Assembly: GCA_038858525.1 (NCBI GenBank)
Contig: JAWCFL010000003.1
Span: 77,591-85,989 of the forward strand
DNA: 8,399 nucleotides
Direction: 5' to 3'
From: Candidatus Jordarchaeales archaeon
GTDB taxonomy: Archaea > Asgardarchaeota > Jordiarchaeia > Jordiarchaeales > Freyrarchaeaceae
The translations under genes and the position numbers were made by a program. Positions 5,528 to 8,399 of this stretch are shown piece after piece (positions within the stretch are counted from its first letter, which is position 1; each line of letters begins with the position of its first letter). Under the pieces are notes generated by a model that was not told where the DNA came from, did no database searches, and worked only from the letters and a program-made list of their open reading frames with translations.

Positions 5528-5869
5528 CTCAATAGTTAATAAAGTTTCTTCAAGGTAACTTGAAATTACTTAGTTTGCTCATAAAAACAACGTCTAGAAA
5601 AAGCATCTTGCTGGGAGGATTAATGAGTTCTGAGCTGTGTGGTTTTGTGGACGTGCAGTTAAAATCATCTATGGGTTTTCATTTCCTAATTTCTCATGAT
5701 TCCATATGATTGTGGAAGTCTTTACTGGTCATAGGTGGAATGGCTTCACACCAAAAGTAACGAGTAACTGAAGAAAAGCCATGTAAAGAAAAATTCCAGT
5801 TTCTCTTTAAATGTTTGTTTTGTTCATTTGTTTTTAATCTTTGGAAGGAACATTGAAAGCCAAAAAGTG

Positions 5870-5882
5870 CGAAAAATTTATT
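5870..5882 (+). promoter_or_regulatory. Putative BRE/TATA promoter for the rpl35ae cluster
   Basis: CGAAAAATTTATT resembles the archaeal BRE+TTTAW consensus and the element upstream of the tRNA; about 70 bp upstream of the ATG. Confidence 0.4.
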
Positions 5883-5953
5883 GGTAGGGCGAGTTTTATC
5901 TTGTTGCCACGTTTAACCTTTCTTGATGAATGGGATCCTTGGAGGGTTCTCTT

Positions 5954-6250
5954 ATGGTAAAGGTCATATCAGAAGGTAAGGTTATTAACTACGTGTTGAG
6001 CAAAAACCTGCAACACTCAAAGAATATCGTGCTCCGTTTTAACGGGGTCAAATCCGAGGGGGAAGCAGCAAAGCTCATTGGGCGAACAGTTATTTGGGTT
6101 AGCCGTAAAGGAAGGGAGTTAAGAGGAAAAATAGTGTCTTGTCATGGAAGAAGTGGAGCTGTTAGAGCGATTTTCAGGAAGGGGCTTCCAGGGGAAGCGC
6201 TGGGAACTTCTGTCAGGCTTGCTGAGCCTCTCATAATTCCTGAAGGATAA
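5954..6250 (+). CDS. rpl35ae: 50S ribosomal protein L35Ae (eL33)
   Basis: EAAKLIGRTVIW, GKIVSCHGRSGAVRAIFRKGLPGEALG match the archaeal L35Ae pattern. ATG at 5954 follows GGAGGGT (5941-5947), preferred over ATG at 5930. Confidence 0.93.
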   Translation: MVKVISEGKVINYVLSKNLQHSKNIVLRFNGVKSEGEAAKLIGRTVIWVSRKGRELRGKIVSCHGRSGAVRAIFRKGLPGEALGTSVRLAEPLIIPEG

Positions 6251-6273
6251 AAAAGAAGCTGGAAGGCGTTAAG

Positions 6274-7023
6274 TTGCTTATTGTTCCGTTTTTAGGGTTT
6301 GCCGGTTCTGGTAAAACTAGCTTAACGAAAACCTTTGGTCAATTTCTAGCGGATGAGGGGTACAAAGTCAAGATTGTTAACTTAGATCCTGGTGTTGAGG
6401 AGTTGCCGTACAAGCCGGACTTTGATGTCCGTGACCTTTTTACAATTTCTAAGATAATGCGTGAAGAAGGTGTTGGGCCAAACTTAGCCATGCTTAGAGC
6501 TAGCGAAAGGATTCTTAACGCCTTTGATCATGTAGCTTCTAAGATAAGTGAGGGTGACTGTGACTTTGCGCTCGTAGATACGCCAGGGCAACTTGAGATA
6601 TTTGCTTTTAGAGAGGTAGGTAGTGAGTTCATGCGTCGTTTGCGGGAGCTAACTCGTGTCTGTGGAGTTTTTCTTATCGGTTGTGACGTGGCTTCAACTG
6701 TGAGCCGTTTGGTTGTCGCGCTTTTTGTGGGATTAGCTGTTCAGTTGAGTCTAGGCGTGGAAGCCGTGATAGTTCTACATAAATCTGACATGGATAAGGA
6801 AGGGCGGATTAGGAAACTTATTAGTGATGAGAAGCTCCTGAGACGTGAACTTATGAGGGAGACGGGGGTTATGGTAGATGTAGCCCTAGTGGCGTTAGAT
6901 GTTTTAGGCAAGGTTAAACCTGCAACGCGGATCATACCTACTTCGTCCGTGACGCTTGAAGGGCATGAAGAATTGTTCGAAATACTGCATGAGGTTTTCT
7001 GCGCTTGTGGAGATAATCTTTAG
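6274..7023 (+). CDS. GPN-loop GTPase
   Basis: G1 GFAGSGKT, NLDPG, GPN loop (GVGPN), G3 DTPGQLE, G4 HKSD, G5 SSVTLEG, archaeal C-terminal FCACGD. Confidence 0.95.
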   Translation: MLIVPFLGFAGSGKTSLTKTFGQFLADEGYKVKIVNLDPGVEELPYKPDFDVRDLFTISKIMREEGVGPNLAMLRASERILNAFDHVASKISEGDCDFALVDTPGQLEIFAFREVGSEFMRRLRELTRVCGVFLIGCDVASTVSRLVVALFVGLAVQLSLGVEAVIVLHKSDMDKEGRIRKLISDEKLLRRELMRETGVMVDVALVALDVLGKVKPATRIIPTSSVTLEGHEELFEILHEVFCACGDNL

Positions 7024-7036
7024 AGGGAGGAGAGAA

Positions 7037-7435
7037 TTGGCTGCAGTCGCCGACTCTTCATTTCTTATTGCACTCTTAAAAGGGGAAAAGTGGGCGGAAG
7101 ATTTTTGGGAGGAAACAAGGAAGGGAAGAAGAATCTATGTTTCAACAGTGTCTTTAGCTATGGCTTCGATGGGACTGTGGAGGAAGGGGGAGGGGGGACT
7201 CATGGACGTATTGATCGCCGCGTTAAAGCAAGCGTTAAATGTGAGCATAGTGCTTTTAGACGTCAAAATAGCTTTAGAGGCAGGGCGGCTTATGCATTCT
7301 ATGAGAAGTGACCTAGAGGAGGGGGCGGTTATTGCTACTGCCTTTTTAAAGGACTGTGAAATCGTTGTTACAAAGAGTGAAAAGCTAGCTGAAGCCGCTA
7401 GAAAACATGGATTAAAGGTTGTAGCACCGGGATGA
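7037..7435 (+). CDS. PIN-domain (VapC-like fold) protein with degenerate active site
   Basis: TTG at 7037 after GGAGGAG; N-terminal VADSSFLIAL, IYVSTVSL, ALEAGRL, AVIATAF and IVVTKS..LAEAARKHGLKVV follow PIN secondary-structure order. Confidence 0.8.
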   Translation: MAAVADSSFLIALLKGEKWAEDFWEETRKGRRIYVSTVSLAMASMGLWRKGEGGLMDVLIAALKQALNVSIVLLDVKIALEAGRLMHSMRSDLEEGAVIATAFLKDCEIVVTKSEKLAEAARKHGLKVVAPG

Positions 7436-7441
7436 TGCCTA

Positions 7442-8221
7442 ATGATTTTGAAGGGGATCAAAACGAGGGTCATAGGGGTAGGAGACGACTTAGTTGAGGT
7501 TATTTTAGAGGGAATTAAGCGCGCGGGTATTAAACTCAAAAATTACGACATAATAGTTGTATCATCAAAGGTTGTTGCTTTAAGCGAGGGACGCGTAGTT
7601 CTCTTAGAAGAGGTGAATCCATCTGAAAGGGCATTAAAACTAGCTGAACAATGTGAGCTTTCCCCCGAATTTGTGGAGGTTGTCCTAAAAGAGGCTGATT
7701 TTGTTTATGGAGGAGTTAAGGGAGCAGTGCTGACTCTTAAAAACGGCGTGCTGCAAGCCAACTCTGGTGTTGACAGGTCCAATGCCCCTCCGGGCTACGC
7801 TATACTTCTACCCGAGAACCCGTCTGAAAGTGCAAATAAAATTAGAAGAAAGATACTTGAGAAAACAGGAAAAAAGGTTGCTGTAGTCATCGTGGACAGT
7901 AGGGTGCAACCTCTTAGGCTTGGCAACACTGGCGTGGCTCTAGGTGTCGCTGGCTTCGAGCCAGTAATTGATGAACGAGGTAAAGAAGACATTTATGGCT
8001 GGAAGTTGAAATATACAAGAAGAGCAGTCGCGGACTGCATAGCTGCAGCGGCAGAAGTTATAATGGGGGAGAGAGACGAAAGGGTACCCGTTGTGTTGGT
8101 CAGAGAAGCACCAGTAATATTTACTGATAGAAAGGTGGATGCATCAGAGATGATCATCCCAGTTGAAGAGTGCATGTATATGGGCGTTTTAACCGGTTCT
8201 TGTATGCGTTGCAACGTGTAG
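7442..8221 (+). CDS. cofE: Coenzyme F420-0:L-glutamate ligase (CofE family)
   Basis: DIIVVSSKVVALSEG, ANSGVDRSN, LLPENPSESA, VIVDSRVQPLRLGNTGVALG, DIYGWKL, VADCIAAAAEVIMGE, PVVLVR. Confidence 0.92.
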   Translation: MILKGIKTRVIGVGDDLVEVILEGIKRAGIKLKNYDIIVVSSKVVALSEGRVVLLEEVNPSERALKLAEQCELSPEFVEVVLKEADFVYGGVKGAVLTLKNGVLQANSGVDRSNAPPGYAILLPENPSESANKIRRKILEKTGKKVAVVIVDSRVQPLRLGNTGVALGVAGFEPVIDERGKEDIYGWKLKYTRRAVADCIAAAAEVIMGERDERVPVVLVREAPVIFTDRKVDASEMIIPVEECMYMGVLTGSCMRCNV

Positions 8222-8294
8222 AGCGATGCATCCGATTAATGCTTCTTTCAGATCGTTAAAACATCTTTGTTCTCCAGCTGTAGGTTGAGTTATA

Positions 8295-8399
8295 TTATGA
8301 GAGGATGGACGATGGATGTTTTCCTTTTAGCCTTAGAGCTCCGTAGTAGACGCTTGAAGTTGCTTCATTCATTATTGTAAGAACTTCGATGTCCTTCGT
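8295..8399 (-). CDS. C-terminal fragment of an unidentified gene entering from the right edge
   Basis: Open minus-strand frame from the window edge: TKDIEVLTIMNEATSSVYYGALRLKGKHPSSILS*. Too short to assign. Confidence 0.5.
   Translation of the reverse strand, partial: TKDIEVLTIMNEATSSVYYGALRLKGKHPSSILS

Noticed and set aside
5921-5990. Box C-like TGATGA at 5924-5929 (and GTGATGA on the minus strand near 4168-4174) as C/D sRNAs
   Set aside because: No CTGA box D at a suitable distance in either case.
6956-7036. 81-bp N-terminal extension of the PIN ORF given by the ORF track
   Set aside because: It overlaps the conserved GPN C-terminus; TTG at 7037 has a strong GGAGG RBS and starts at the PIN first strand.
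1-8399. CRISPR arrays, IS elements, integrases, att duplications
   Set aside because: No regularly spaced repeats, terminal inverted repeats, recombinase motifs or second copy of tRNA sequence seen by eye.

Overview
Archaeal housekeeping region (TACK-like: DUF1512, type II Map, eL33/L35Ae, GPN GTPase, crenarchaeal-type EndA). Left to right: a partial ABC ATPase (-), a heavily interrupted tRNA-Tyr(GUA) gene (+), DUF1512, a membrane Zn-ribbon protein, map (-), a small membrane protein, a DUF47-endA pair (-), a ~480 bp AT-rich divergent spacer, an rpl35ae-GPN-PIN-cofE cluster (+), and the C-terminal end of an unidentified gene (-). The main result is at 926-1150. By manual folding this 225-nt gene reduces to a standard 73-nt tRNA-Tyr after removing FIVE bulge-helix-bulge (BHB)-type introns, at tRNA positions 20/21, 37/38, 43/44, 44/45 and 59/60. 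The 43/44 and 44/45 introns are separated by a predicted one-nucleotide exon (U44 = base 1072). The 44/45 splice motif forms only by pairing with the 43/44 intron, which implies an obligatory splicing order. The catalytic subunit of a broad-specificity tRNA splicing endonuclease lies about 3 kb away. All structure calls are by eye, with no folding or database searches run.
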